NCBI GenBank assembly: GCA_047495785.1
Contig: JBLDXI010000015.1
Span: 3,100,001-3,164,000, forward strand
DNA: 64,000 nt
Direction of reading: 5' to 3'
Source of the DNA: Lepidodermella squamata
Taxonomy: Eukaryota > Animalia > Gastrotricha
Each line of letters opens with the position of its first letter. Positions within the stretch are counted from its first letter, which is position 1. The position numbers and the translations under genes are program-made. The notes under the pieces were generated by a model. It did no database searches. It was not told the DNA's origin and saw nothing but the letters and a program-made list of their open reading frames with translations. Of the stretch, positions 36,035 to 48,369 are shown piece after piece.

Positions 36035-38612
36035 ATGTTGACTATTTTGCTGTGTTTAGCAGTCTCTCAGCTAATACCTGTAAATACAGCTAATGAAACA
36101 GATAGATCCTGCGCAGAGTTAACAGATCTGAGGAACAAACAAGGCAAACCAACTTTAAATAACATCGGTTACCTTGGGAGTGGATATGACGTGATTTTCG
36201 CAAATCCACACCCTACTCAAAGTAAAGCGGGGATCGATCCTGGATATCGACAAAGCATTTTCGACCTAACTCATTATTGTGGAGATTTAACTGCTGATCA
36301 GCGATATCAAATCCCGGAAAATGTAACTGTTCGCAAACAGGTGTCTGGCAAACTCCATTTCACAGTGCAAATCATCAACAGCACTAAATCATTCACAAAA
36401 ACCCTCGGAACGTCGTATCAAATGGGCTTTGGTTCCAGTTCTGGCTCGAATGACACAAATAAGGGAAATTCTGGATGGGTCGGGAAGATTATCGGCGAGA
36501 GTTTTGGATCAGCTCTTGGTAATTTAGCGTCAAGAGTAAACCCAATCATCGGATCAGTAGTTACAGGAATTGGAAAACTGCTTGGTAACTTCGGAACCTC
36601 ATCAAGTGAGACGAATGAAGGTCATTCAGGTCTGGCATTCAGTGCAAGCCGCGACTTCAAGCATGTTACTGAAGAGCTCACCAAGCGTCACTCAAAATTT
36701 GTTGAAACTTCAGCTTCTTGCACTGTGTATAAAGCCTCCTTAAACACTTATGCATCCCCTAAACTAAGCCGTAACTTTCGATTGGCTGTAGAGTCCTTAC
36801 CAACTGACGACTTTGAAGACATTGATGTTCGAGATGAACGTTACTCATTTTTCTTCAACGAATATGGAACTCACGTTGTAACGTCGGTTCTTATGGGTGC
36901 TGCTTATGGTGAACGATATTCCATCGATGAAAATACATGGTCGAAAATCGAAGGGAAAAATATTGATTGGAAACTTGCGGCCAGCCGCACTACTCGTGAA
37001 AGTATTTGCAAGACTCAAGCAGCAAACTCCGACTCCGTATCGTACACTGAATGTATGACGTCGTCTGGAGATCAAAATTCAGAAAACAAAAATACATGGG
37101 GCGATAAGACAGGAACCTCTTTTTCTGAAATGTTTTCAGACCGTAGCGTTTACACCGTTGGCTCACTGCCGCCTGCTAACATGGCGGCTGAAAGCTGGAT
37201 TCAGCAGTCATTCGACAATCCAGTTCCGGTTCATCTAACACTCGACCTCATCGTGAATTTACTGACGAAAAAACATTTCCCGAACGATGAATTAATTGCG
37301 AAGCGCCGTGCTGGGCTATTAAAAGCCCTTGCTAGCTACTGCGAGACTGTCCTCCAACCCGGAGGTCACGTCGCTTCCTGTGAAATCCTCGAGGATCCTT
37401 CTGTACCAGATGAAGACTTTCGCTGTCGTAAGCTGAGTGCATCCGCAGTCGAGGAAATATCGCAAGCGGTGGAAAGAAAGTCAGGCTTACCTCAAGAAGA
37501 GTTTGAGGTTCTACCTGCGTCGTTCAATGGCGAGTTCTATTTGGTAACTAAAGAGAAAGTCAATCGCGTCCGTGGCAACGAACCATGCCACAGAAGCACG
37601 AAAGGCACAGCGAAACTGGTCATCATGGAACGAGAGTCTGAATTCACGTGCGTTACGAATGCTTTGGCCACTCTTAAAAACAAAATCGGTAAATAAAATT
37701 CATTTCAATCATGATCTCATTAAAATTTTATACACTGTAGATGACAAGCCGAACTACTGGGTAGGCATGACGCGAGAGATTGGAATGACATTTTCATGGG
37801 ATAACGGTGCTCCGTTCACTTATTCTTTAAAATGGGCAAGAGGGGAGCCCAATAATGCTACCAAGTCGTCATTGTATAGGAAGCAGCTAATTCGCAGTGA
37901 AGATCATGTTGTATTGCGCCATGAAGATAAACCTGGGGTACTGGATAGCTTCAGATTTGATGACGTCTCCGAGGTTGCTGATTGGCCTAATCCACTTTGC
38001 GAAGGCCGTTTACATCGATTAGGAGTGCAGCCAGATATAATAACCAGCACGAATTCGCCAATTTACTACGAACAACCGCTTTATCTTAGGAATCAAAGGT
38101 TTCAGAGTAACTTAAATGGACCTCTCGCAGGCCTTTCGCATCACGCCTCTCTCGCTGATACAAAATCCCCTCAATCGGAATGGAGGCATTGCCACCTGAA
38201 AGGGCCGCTTGTCTTTCAACAGAAAGGCTGGTATTATGAACAATGGCTGAAGATATCAAGGCCGGGTAACGCGATTCACTTCGGCGATGTTGTTCAAATA
38301 ACGAATTACCATGGAAACCCAGTTCTAGACAGCCATGGTACTTACAGCTTTACGGAAAGCAATGATGGTGACGGATGGCGAGCTGCGACTGATGATTTCT
38401 GGCGTATTGAACCTTGTTTTTCGTACAACTCGGAAAATAAGGCACAAAATGAACCAATTGTGAGGAATGACGATTGTGTGTATTTTGTTAACGTTTATTA
38501 TCCTGGTTGCTACTTGTATGCATATCAACATTCAATTACTTCCACTTTGTACATCAGCTGCAGCAATCGCAGTGCGAGGAAACATTTATGGCTAATCGGA
38601 GAAGATTTCTAA
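36035..38612 (+). CDS. Secreted MACPF/perforin-like protein with C-type lectin and C-terminal beta-trefoil (MIR/ricin-like) domains, ~841 aa
   Basis: Signal peptide; YLGSGYDVIFANP; MACPF signature YGTHVVTSVLMGA; intron 37689-37740 joins the two ORFs in frame; CTLD YWVG..FSWDNG..WARGEPNN; trefoil-like HFGDVVQITN..LDSHG..DFWRIE. Confidence 0.85.
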
Positions 38613-38873
38613 TTTTTTTAATCTCGGCTGACATTCTGAGCAGTAAAACTAAGGGCCCGGTGCAGATCGACATTTGTTTTGTAAACACGTCCATCGTGAA
38701 TCATGGCTCCCATCTTCCACTGGCATGGAAAGTTTAATTAAACGAGAGAGAAAATGACTCCTACAATTCCTGCAGGCCATTAGCCCAAAATCCCGCTTGA
38801 AAAGTTGTAAATTGTAGAGGTGACCAAATTAGGCTCGAACCCGCATGCACATAGATTTATCAGCATGCTCAGA

Positions 38874-41496
38874 CTAATTGGCAAAGTAAGCACCTGGTTT
38901 ACGCGAGAGCTTTGGCACAAATAATATGAGCATGCCCGAACAGCTGACGATCAAAATTAACCCAGAAACAGCTGAAAGCAAACCTCCGAAATCGTATGTG
39001 AAGAAGGCTACGATAGCGATTCCGCCAAGAATAACCATGACAACTGTGGCATAAGCGGATGCTCTTGCAGCAGCTAAATCACTTATGAGATCCGGATAAG
39101 CAAACTTTGCAGTGCTTACTGCCATGAATACCGTATAAAGACACAGCAGACCATTCAGAATAAACAAAATCGTAATAATAACAGTGGAGAGTTGTGATGA
39201 ATTGCTGCCGGCGACGCACGCATAGCTGTAAGGCTGTAATGCTAGGCTTATGTCCTCATTATCATAAAGCAACGTGCCGTTCAAGACTTCTAAGCGGAGA
39301 GGCTCGATGCCGAACCAAATCACGGTGAGCGCCGAACAAAATGCGGAGAATCCCATAGAAGCCAGCACAAGGGGTCTGATTGGTAAATCTGAGGATTTCG
39401 GCAACGATTTCAATGGAGGTAGTGACAAAGGTTGTAGTGTTTGACCCACATTTTTTCCTGCAATCACAGGGCCAGGGTGAGCAATGACTGATCGCATTGG
39501 GACTGTGCTTTTGGATCGCTCACCAAAGTGATGCGTGATTATTGACCCACGGTGCGATAGCTGATTTTTCCTATACTCATTGGACCTCATTATCCGATGG
39601 ACCACTCGCAATTTGACTGCTAGTGAGCTCATCATAAGCGGGAATCCAGCAGCCAACAAAATCGAAGCAACCATGCATTTGACAGGGATAAAATCGAATG
39701 AATCTGCAGGTAAAATGACGAGGACAAAGCAAAGCATCAAACCGTTTCCAATCAAGGTCAATGAGTTGCATAGCGGGATTGTACTGCTTACTTTAAGCCG
39801 CTTGATCACGTTGAGAACAAGAAGAGCTGAATCCAAGAGTAATAAGAGTGAGGCGAATGCCACCAGTACCGCAGAATCGACAATTTTAAAAGTCGCTTGA
39901 CGAAAGCTGATTATTATCAATGAATCACGTGGAGGTAAGTTATCTCTAGTTTGCCATACCAAGAGGTTCGAAATGATGTCGAACTTATTGATCCTCGAAT
40001 CGAAAGTAGCCACTGGCACGAACTTTTGAATTGCTGATGGATCAACATTTGATTTGTTCTGAGGTAGAAATTGAACTTGGAAAAAGGCGGAAAGTCCTCT
40101 TGGTGAGTTGAAGCTGCCATTGAAAATAGTCCCATAGAGACCTTTGTATGTTAGAGACTCGAACCGCCTTTTGGCAATTTTGAAGAATTCGTCGCCGTTT
40201 GATTTAAACGCTTCACGGCCAATCGCGAAATCCTGGATTGTGAGATTTTGACGCCACAAATCCGTATCTGTTGCGTTGGCGACTAAGGCGGTCACCATGG
40301 CTGTGTCATAAAAGGCGCTTCTGTAGGGGAACCAGTGAAAATGAAGCTCTGGCGACTCGATTCGGCTTTTCAGGCGATCTTCCAGTTCAACACCACTTAC
40401 ACCGAAGCTGTCTCTCTGATATGGGTCAAGGTTAATAACTGGAGCTTGACCGAACATGATTACTGATTTGAGGACTTCGTAAAGCATCGCTTCTGAGCAT
40501 CCTGGGACCATGTATCGCGCTCTAACAAATGAAGAAACCTCAGGTATAGAAGAATATTAAATACCCGAACTCACGGATGATTCGGCATGTATGGGAGAAT
40601 AGCGGCTTGTAAGAAAACGTATCCTGTCCCATATAATCCATACTTGTGTAGATAGCAAGCGAGTGGTGGCGCCCAGATGAGGTTGATAATAACAATTCTA
40701 GGATTCTTCATCTTCAGTTGCGACACAGCCGCGTCAAAGTCTTCAATTGTTGGCACAAAGCTTGTTATGATTAACTTGGACGACATGTCGATTTCGATGC
40801 CTAAATCAGCGAATCTATCGGCCATTTCTTTTTCACTTGATGAGTACTGATCGAAGGAATCAGACATGTAATATAGCTTCTTCCAGCCTAGTTTACTCGC
40901 AAAATCAGCCAATCCTTGAACAAATATTGCAGGAGATGGCCTATAATGAATGAATATAAAGTTACAAGCTCCAAAGGGGTAATAAAATCTTACAGTTGAA
41001 CATAGAAGCCATCGTATTTCCTTCTGTTATCGATGATGCTTGAATAAGGCACTTGACCAGTTGTTCCAACCCAATTAAAGTGGTGAAGTAGCATGCCGAT
41101 TTGATCTGCATCCTGGCAGAATGGACCCCCTGAAATCGGAATCCGAAGTTTTGATTTCGCCAAATCTTTTTCAATATTCGCTATGGTTTTCACGAATAGA
41201 TCAACTGCGATGTCTGGATAGCATGCTGAGTCGTATAGCTCGAATGCGAGGTTGTAACTGGACAGTATATTTTCCCGATGTATCACTTCCAGAGCCATCC
41301 GGATTTGTTCGGAAAATATCGGTCCTCCAGGATATAGTCCGCCGTAATTAAACATGAGAGGTATGGTAATCCTCGGCTTTCCTTGCCTTGAGCTATTTTG
41401 AATCTCAATAATTTCCGGCATGGGATCGTCAATTTTCAACTTTGCCGCTGAAATAGACAATAGCATTTCCGCTAAGAAAACTGCGAAAACTATCAT
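38874..41496 (-). CDS. GABA-B-like class C GPCR, subfamily C copy 1 (3 exons)
   Basis: Introns 40941-40993 and 40522-40574; ELYDSAC, GPFC, LGWKK and FVPKL motifs. Confidence 0.88.
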
Positions 41497-42058
41497 TTTT
41501 ACTGTAAATCTCAAAACTAAGATGGGATCGATGTAGCAGTATCAGTCATGTTTTGTTTTGATCTGCTCTTCTTTTTGTATGTCTCTACTTCTGAGTGCGT
41601 CATACAAGCAGGTACTACATAATAAGGATGAAAGCTAATCAGCAGTGTAAGGCCGAAGTCTCGAAACCGCCTCCTCAGATGGCAATTCGGCGTATATTTA
41701 TTGACCTGATACATGCGTTAAAACGAACTCTCTTCTTGCTTCTGCAGTCAAGGAAAAATTGTCATTTCAAAGCGTATCATGGTATTGCATCTCACAATTA
41801 AGCATGATTAAAATCGATCAAGGGTCAGTCTTCGATAAATGAGATAGGTCACATGATAAAAAAAAGTCGACTCTGTCATGCGTTTGATGGTTCTCCAATA
41901 TACTACAAAAAGTCACAAGACGAACTTATTCTATATAAAACGTATTCGATTTCACTTAACAACAAACTTCTTCGCCATTTTGACAACACCAAATATTAAA
42001 CAAAAATACCCGCAGTTTTCGCATTTCAAGTAGTAACACCTCTCGAATTTGAGATCTC

Positions 42059-44685
42059 TTAAGAGCTTGCGAAGAAAGAATTCGGCTTGCGCGACAATTT
42101 CGGGAGAAAAATCAGAGCTAAATTTGTCGTGCTAATCACCAGGACAAGCCCAGCTACGGCAGAAAAAACAGTGGCAGAGTTGCTCGAAAAGAAAGCAGTA
42201 GTCGCTGTGCCACCAAGGATGACTGTCACAACAGTTGCATACGATGCGTTTCTTACGGCAACAATGTCGCTAATTTGGGCTCGAATGTCTTTTCGGCCTA
42301 TGCTGACGGCAAGGAATACTATAAACAAGCATCCGATTCCATTCGATGCCAGTAAGATAGCAATTATCGTGATGGGTAGCAAAGAGCCACTATCGCTGAT
42401 CTCGCAGGTATAGGTAAAATGTTGATAAGCAAGACTTATATCGTTATCACTATAAACAAGATCATTCATCAAAATACCGATCTTGAGATGTTCGATGCTG
42501 AACCAAATAATTGTTATGATGAAACAACAAGCTGAGAAGCAAAGAATTGCGGCGATATGGAAACGAAGATTGACGTTGTACTGACCTCGAGCACTTTCCG
42601 AGACTGCTAAGGAGGGCTGCTGGGTGACTATTTCCTCGACCTTGGAAGAACTAGGAAGTTTGAATAGAAATATGTTCGGCTTTGTTTTCGACTTCGAAGC
42701 ACTCGCGTTCTTTCGAAGCACCTCAGCAACTTTAGCTTTCGCGATCAATGTGTAAGCTTGGTACAATTTCAGCCCGAGAGAGCTTACAATCAATGGAAAT
42801 CCAGCAACGAGAAACAATGTGGCCACCATACAGTGGATTTCCAAAAGCCGCGAAAAGCCACTTGGCAAAAGAATCAGATCAAAGAGCAGCATGAAAGCAT
42901 TTCCAACCAATATCATGATATTGACAGCCATAGTGGAAACCGCAACCCTTCTTCGCCCAACGATACAGATTACTAAGGTCCCGATATCAAACAAAAGCAC
43001 AAAACCCGCTAGCGTTACTACAACAACATTATCAGGGTATTTGAAAGCTGGCATTTGCACATTGACAATCACAGTCGCGTCCGAGGGTGGTAAATTATTT
43101 ATTGTCTGCCAAGACAATCGATCGCGAAATATAACAAGCTCGTTAGCTTTTGAATCGAACAATGCGACTGGAACGAATTTCTGAACCGAGGAAAGGTTGT
43201 CTACTAAATCTTCTGTCCTGCTCAGTTGCGGGAACTGTACTTGAAAGAAAGCTGCGACCCCCTCTTTCGAATTGAAGCTCCCATTCATGACCTCCCCGTA
43301 AAGACCCTTGAATGTCATCGATTCGAGCTGGGCCCTTATCAACTTGTGGACTTTACCCCCGTTGGACTTGAACTTCTCTCGGCCGACTGAATATTCAATC
43401 AAGGATTCATTCTGGCGCCGTAGGGCCTTGTCAGTTTCGTCCAAAGCAATTGCCGAGATGAGGGCCATGTCGTAGAAAATTGTGCGAAACGCAAACCAAT
43501 GGAAATGGAGTTCAGGATTTACGATTCTCTCTTTCATCAGAGCATCATATCGAGCACCAGTCATTCCGAATTGATCCTTGCTATTCAAATCAACGTTTAT
43601 GACTTGAGCTTGGTTGAAGAGTATCACTGATTTTAAAACTTCATAAATCATCAATTCAGTGCATCCGGGTACCAAGAATCGCAATCTGCATGAAACAAAA
43701 ACTTCAGTTATTATCATAAGCTTCTGCGTTAAGAAAAACTTGCGGGTGATTCGGCATGTAGGTCACTATTGCAGATTGTATGAAGGCATAGCTTGGTCCA
43801 TACATGCCGTTTTTGTAAAGATAACACGCAAAAGGTGCTGTCATTATCATGTTCATGATAACGATTCTCGGATTATTCTGCTTCAGTTGCGCAACAGCGG
43901 TTTCAAAAGCGTCCGGCGGAGGTATGATCCCAGTGTAAATCAATTTTGTACTTACATCAACTTCGATTTCAAAAAGTTTGAATTTGTCGAGCATCAACTT
44001 TTCAGTATTCGTGAATTGATCGATGGAATCCGTCATGTAGTAAACTTTTCTCCAGCCCATTGCCTTGACAAAATCTGGTATACCAGCTGGTAAAATAGCG
44101 GGCGATGGCCTAAAGTTCAATAAAGCTACAACTGCCGATATTATATGAATAAGCTTACATTTCAGCATAGAGCCCAGCGTACCTGGCTCGGTTTTCAATG
44201 ATATTTGCGTACAAAGATTGACCAGCTATGCCCACGAAGTTCAAGTGATGTAACATTGACGCAACGGGTTCAATGTCTTGGCATAACGGGCCGGCCACAA
44301 TGGGTGCACGTTGCTTTGATTTTGACGGATCGCTTTCCGTGTTTGCTATATTTTTCACCAAAGCAGCTACAGACAATTCCCAGTAACATTTTGTATCATG
44401 CAGCTCGAATGCCAAGTTGTAGTCAGGCAGAATATTGGCGGCACTCGCTACCTCCAAAGCAAGTCGAATTGATTCAGTGAAAAGCGGGCCACCGTAGTAT
44501 TCGCCACCGTAATTCAGCATGATTGGAATCAGAAGACGCTGTTTTCCTATACGAGTATTATTATTTGTCAACTCGATTACAGCTGGCATAGGATCTGAGA
44601 AGCTCAGTTTGGCCGCAAGGCCAGTTGATCCCAATAACACTGAAATTAGGAGAATACGTAACCAGAAAACTTCAATAGCCTGCAT
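42059..44685 (-). CDS. GABA-B-like class C GPCR, subfamily C copy 2 (3 exons, second intron GC-AG)
   Basis: Introns 44110-44158 and 43686-43743 (GCAAGT donor) at positions homologous to C1. Confidence 0.88.
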
Positions 44686-45699
44686 CGCTGATTTGACTCT
44701 ATTAGGTAAAATCACTTAGTCTTCAAATCCCTGACTATTAGGTCTTGGATCATTTCGGTGCACTTTTAGATTTCTCTTCCTTGTTTGAATGTCTTCCCGG
44801 ATATACCTAACACATTGCGGTTGTTATCCCCGACAGCTAAAAGGATTGTCCCATTAGCTTTTGCATTTGCAAATCATCGAAAAAAGCTGAAAGCTGAGAG
44901 CTCAGGATGTTACTGCAACTCACTATTCCCCAATGACCCGCTTTTGCAGACATTCTCTCGTTTCGACCTTTTGAGAGACCTTTTGATCAATCCTCGAGCA
45001 GCCAACAGATGCTTTCACGATTTAATTTCGAAGAGTAGCATAGAGTGCAGAGATTGCATAATACTTGGTATTTGGTATTTGATCTCAAATTCAACCTGCT
45101 CATCACTATCACCTAGTAGCAATTCGTAGCGTGGGAGAAGACAATATAATCGCTAGGTCAAAGATAAAATTACTGTTCGAATCGATCTCGCTCTTCCATT
45201 ACACAAGCGCTCTACGTATTTTTTCTGAGGTCAACTCACGCAAACTTATGCGGAGGAAAACGTGACTAATAATCAGCGCAGGCATTAAAATATCAAATTC
45301 AAAAGGCGGAAGTTTTAATTATAATTCGAGGCATGAAGAATTTATTATGGCGGACCTTCTGTCGTGCTTACGGCTTACGGCGGCGTAGTTGTTTTTAATT
45401 GGCTCATTTGTTTCGTCTCGCTTTGAATTTTAGCTGCTTACAGCAAATCGATTTCGGCTTTGAATTTCAGTCTTCCTTGTCTTTGCTCCGGGGGCCAATG
45501 AATTGCCTAGAGAACACACAAGCTTCGACCCCGTTGAGGAATGGACGTGACAGGTGTGAAACATCATCGCATCATTCAGAAAAGTTTCAGCCAACGACTA
45601 ATCTAACAGGACGAGAGCAAAAATACTGCCTATCCATTCAAGAAAAGAATTACATTTTGCGACATCAAAAAACGATTTGATTATCTAATTGTAATCTTT

Positions 45700-47890
45700 A
45701 TTACAACTTTCTCCAGCTCAAGCGATGTTAAATGTTAACCAAACGAGTCCAGCAATGGCAGAGAGTATTGTGGCTGGGTTTTCAGCAAAGAAAGCCGTGA
45801 AGGCAATGCCACCAAGGACAACCATGACAACAATAGCGTACGCGGCTATTCTTACTGATGCGATGTCACTGATTCGGCTTTCAAATGCTCTTCGTCCAAT
45901 GCTTATCACAAGAAAATTGGTGATTAAGCATAACAAGCCGTTCATTGCCAACAAAACGCCTATGAGAGACAATGATAACTTCGAGTTTTCTGAAATTCCC
46001 AACGCGCAAATATACGTGAAGGGTTGATAAGCCAAACTGATGTCATCTCTGCTGTAGATAAGCTCATCCTTCAGGATGACAGATTCAATGGGTTCCATAC
46101 TCAACCAAATCACTGCGAGAAGCAGGCAAGATGCTGTGAAAGTTGCTAGAACGACGCTTAAGTTTTATTTCGATTTGAATCGTTATCGATTCTGAACGCT
46201 TAGGCTCAACAGTTATTGCGCTAGTTCTGCTTGAAGTCGAGTTGACAGAAAAAGCATGTTCTGGTAACGCGGTTGAAAATGACGTTCTTTGCGATGTTCG
46301 TGACTTATTGATGTCAAAAGTTACGCTTGAGAATTTCTATTTGTCGTCAAATTCACGCGTGATGTTCGCGAGGCTCTATTGTTGGAAATAACCTTACAGG
46401 CTTGCTGAAGTTTATTTGCCAATGAGCCAATAACAGCTGGAAATCCAGCAACAAGAAATAGCGAAGCAATCGTGCAGTGGACATGAACATACTTGCCATA
46501 TTCAGCCGATAGAACAGTCAGAACATATATGAGCAGCAATCCATTCCCAGCTAGCAGTATCGAGTTAGCAGTTGGAATCGATTTATCCATTCTTTTTCGC
46601 TTGACTACGTTCATTACCAGAAAAAACAAATCGCAGGTGAGTAGCACAGCCGCTATGGAGAGAATGATTCTGCTATCCAGCTTTTTGAAAGCTGGTCTTT
46701 GTACAGCTACGACAAACAGGGAATCGCAGGAGGCAGCTTGTTGTTAGTCTGCCAGAAAAGTTTTTGACGACAAATCTCAAGCTTTTTCAACCCAGAATCG
46801 AAAGTGGCGACTGGGACAAATTGCTGATCTGAGGATGGGTCGAAATTTGCACCGATTCGACTTTGCTGTTTCGAGAACTGAATTTGAAAGAATGCCGTCA
46901 CGCCGTTTCTGGCGTTGAAACTGCCGTTTTGTATTCGCCCGAGTAGTCCATTATATGTCATTCTGTCGAACTGTCCCCGGAATAATCGATAGAACTCCTT
47001 GCCTTGGGTTATAAACTTTTCTTTTCCGATAGCATATTCCATAATAGTTTCATTCCGAGTGAGAAGCATTTCATTGGTCGAGTTGAGGGCAAGCGCTGCT
47101 ATGCGATGTCATAGAACGCCGACCGATATGCGAACCATTGAAAATGAAGTTGCGGCGACTCGATGCGTTCTTTCATCAACGCGTCAAATCGAACCCCTGA
47201 CAGACCGAATTGATCTTCAAGGAATGGATTAGTGTTTATGGCTTGCGCTTGACCAAACGTGATGAAAGATTTCAAAACTTCATAGAGCATTTCTTCTGTA
47301 CCGCCAGGTACCATATAACGCAGTCTGCAAGGTAAAAACAAGGTAGGTAACAATTGCAATGGAAAATTGTAAGATTGTAAGATCTTACAAGACTGATACG
47401 AAACCTGCGTATTTCGTTCGGTCTTCGATAACTCTGGCATATGGGGAGTGAGCCCCGACCCCCAACCCAATTGAGGTGGTGGAGTATCGAGCCGATAGGA
47501 TCGACGTCTTGACAGATCGGACCTACTAAGACGGGAGCGTGTGACTGCGATTTCGTCCGATTGCTATCTGGATCCGCGATGATTGTGATAAAGGTTTTAA
47601 CCGATAGCTCCATGTGGCACTTTGTATCATAAATCTCAAACTCGACGTTGTAGAATGTTTTCGCGGTTAATTGTTTCCAGAGTCATTCGCACCGGCTCAG
47701 TAAAAATTGGGCCCGCAAAATATTCGCCGCCATAGTTCATCATCACGGTTATTAACAGCGTTGGCTTGCCTTGCCGATTATTATTTTTCATACTAAATTT
47801 CTCAGGCATAGGCTCATACACGGAGAGTTTTGCGGCATAGAACACTGGTATTACTGCGAAACAAACGACTAAGTCGATAAAACTTGACAT
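45700..47890 (-). pseudogene. Class C GPCR subfamily C pseudogene
   Basis: Homology to C1/C2 is spread over several frames: shifts near 47650, 47460, 47100, 46727 and 46165, stop at 46321-46323, exon 2 absent. Confidence 0.85.
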
Positions 47891-48369
47891 AGGATTCAAA
47901 AAATTGCTGTTTTATAGTGTTGAAAAACGCGTTTGAAGTCTGCTTCTGTGCTCGATAGATATTACTGAAATGTCTCACATCTCACTGTCTACGGTCGGTT
48001 CCCGACAGGTTTCTTATTTGAGAATATTCCCAGCCTTCGTCAAACTCAAAGTCTGTGGAGAGTTTAGGAAGTTAGTGACAATTAATTCCTCACAGCCACG
48101 CATAAGTTCAGGCATAATTTCAGGTCTCGCCAAAAATGCAAAGACATTTAATGCCATTGACGTATGGTAAACAGTATCGATTGAATTCGCTAATTAATAA
48201 CCGTGTTTCGAAAACAGGATGTTTCCTATTTGAAGCGCTCGTTGCTTAGCGGCGGATTAGCTGTTCGAGTATTCCGGTTTTCAATAGCGAGCTTTTCATT
48301 ATTGACCAAGAAATAATTCTCTAAATTAAAAGCCATCTGCATAAAGTTATTTCCAGCTTTTAACAGAAT

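Noticed and set aside
12330-47890. Calling the receptors GABBR1/GABBR2 orthologs or receptor guanylate cyclases
   Set aside because: They have 7 TMs and no kinase/cyclase domain; they lack the coiled-coil tail and recognisable GABA-binding motifs.
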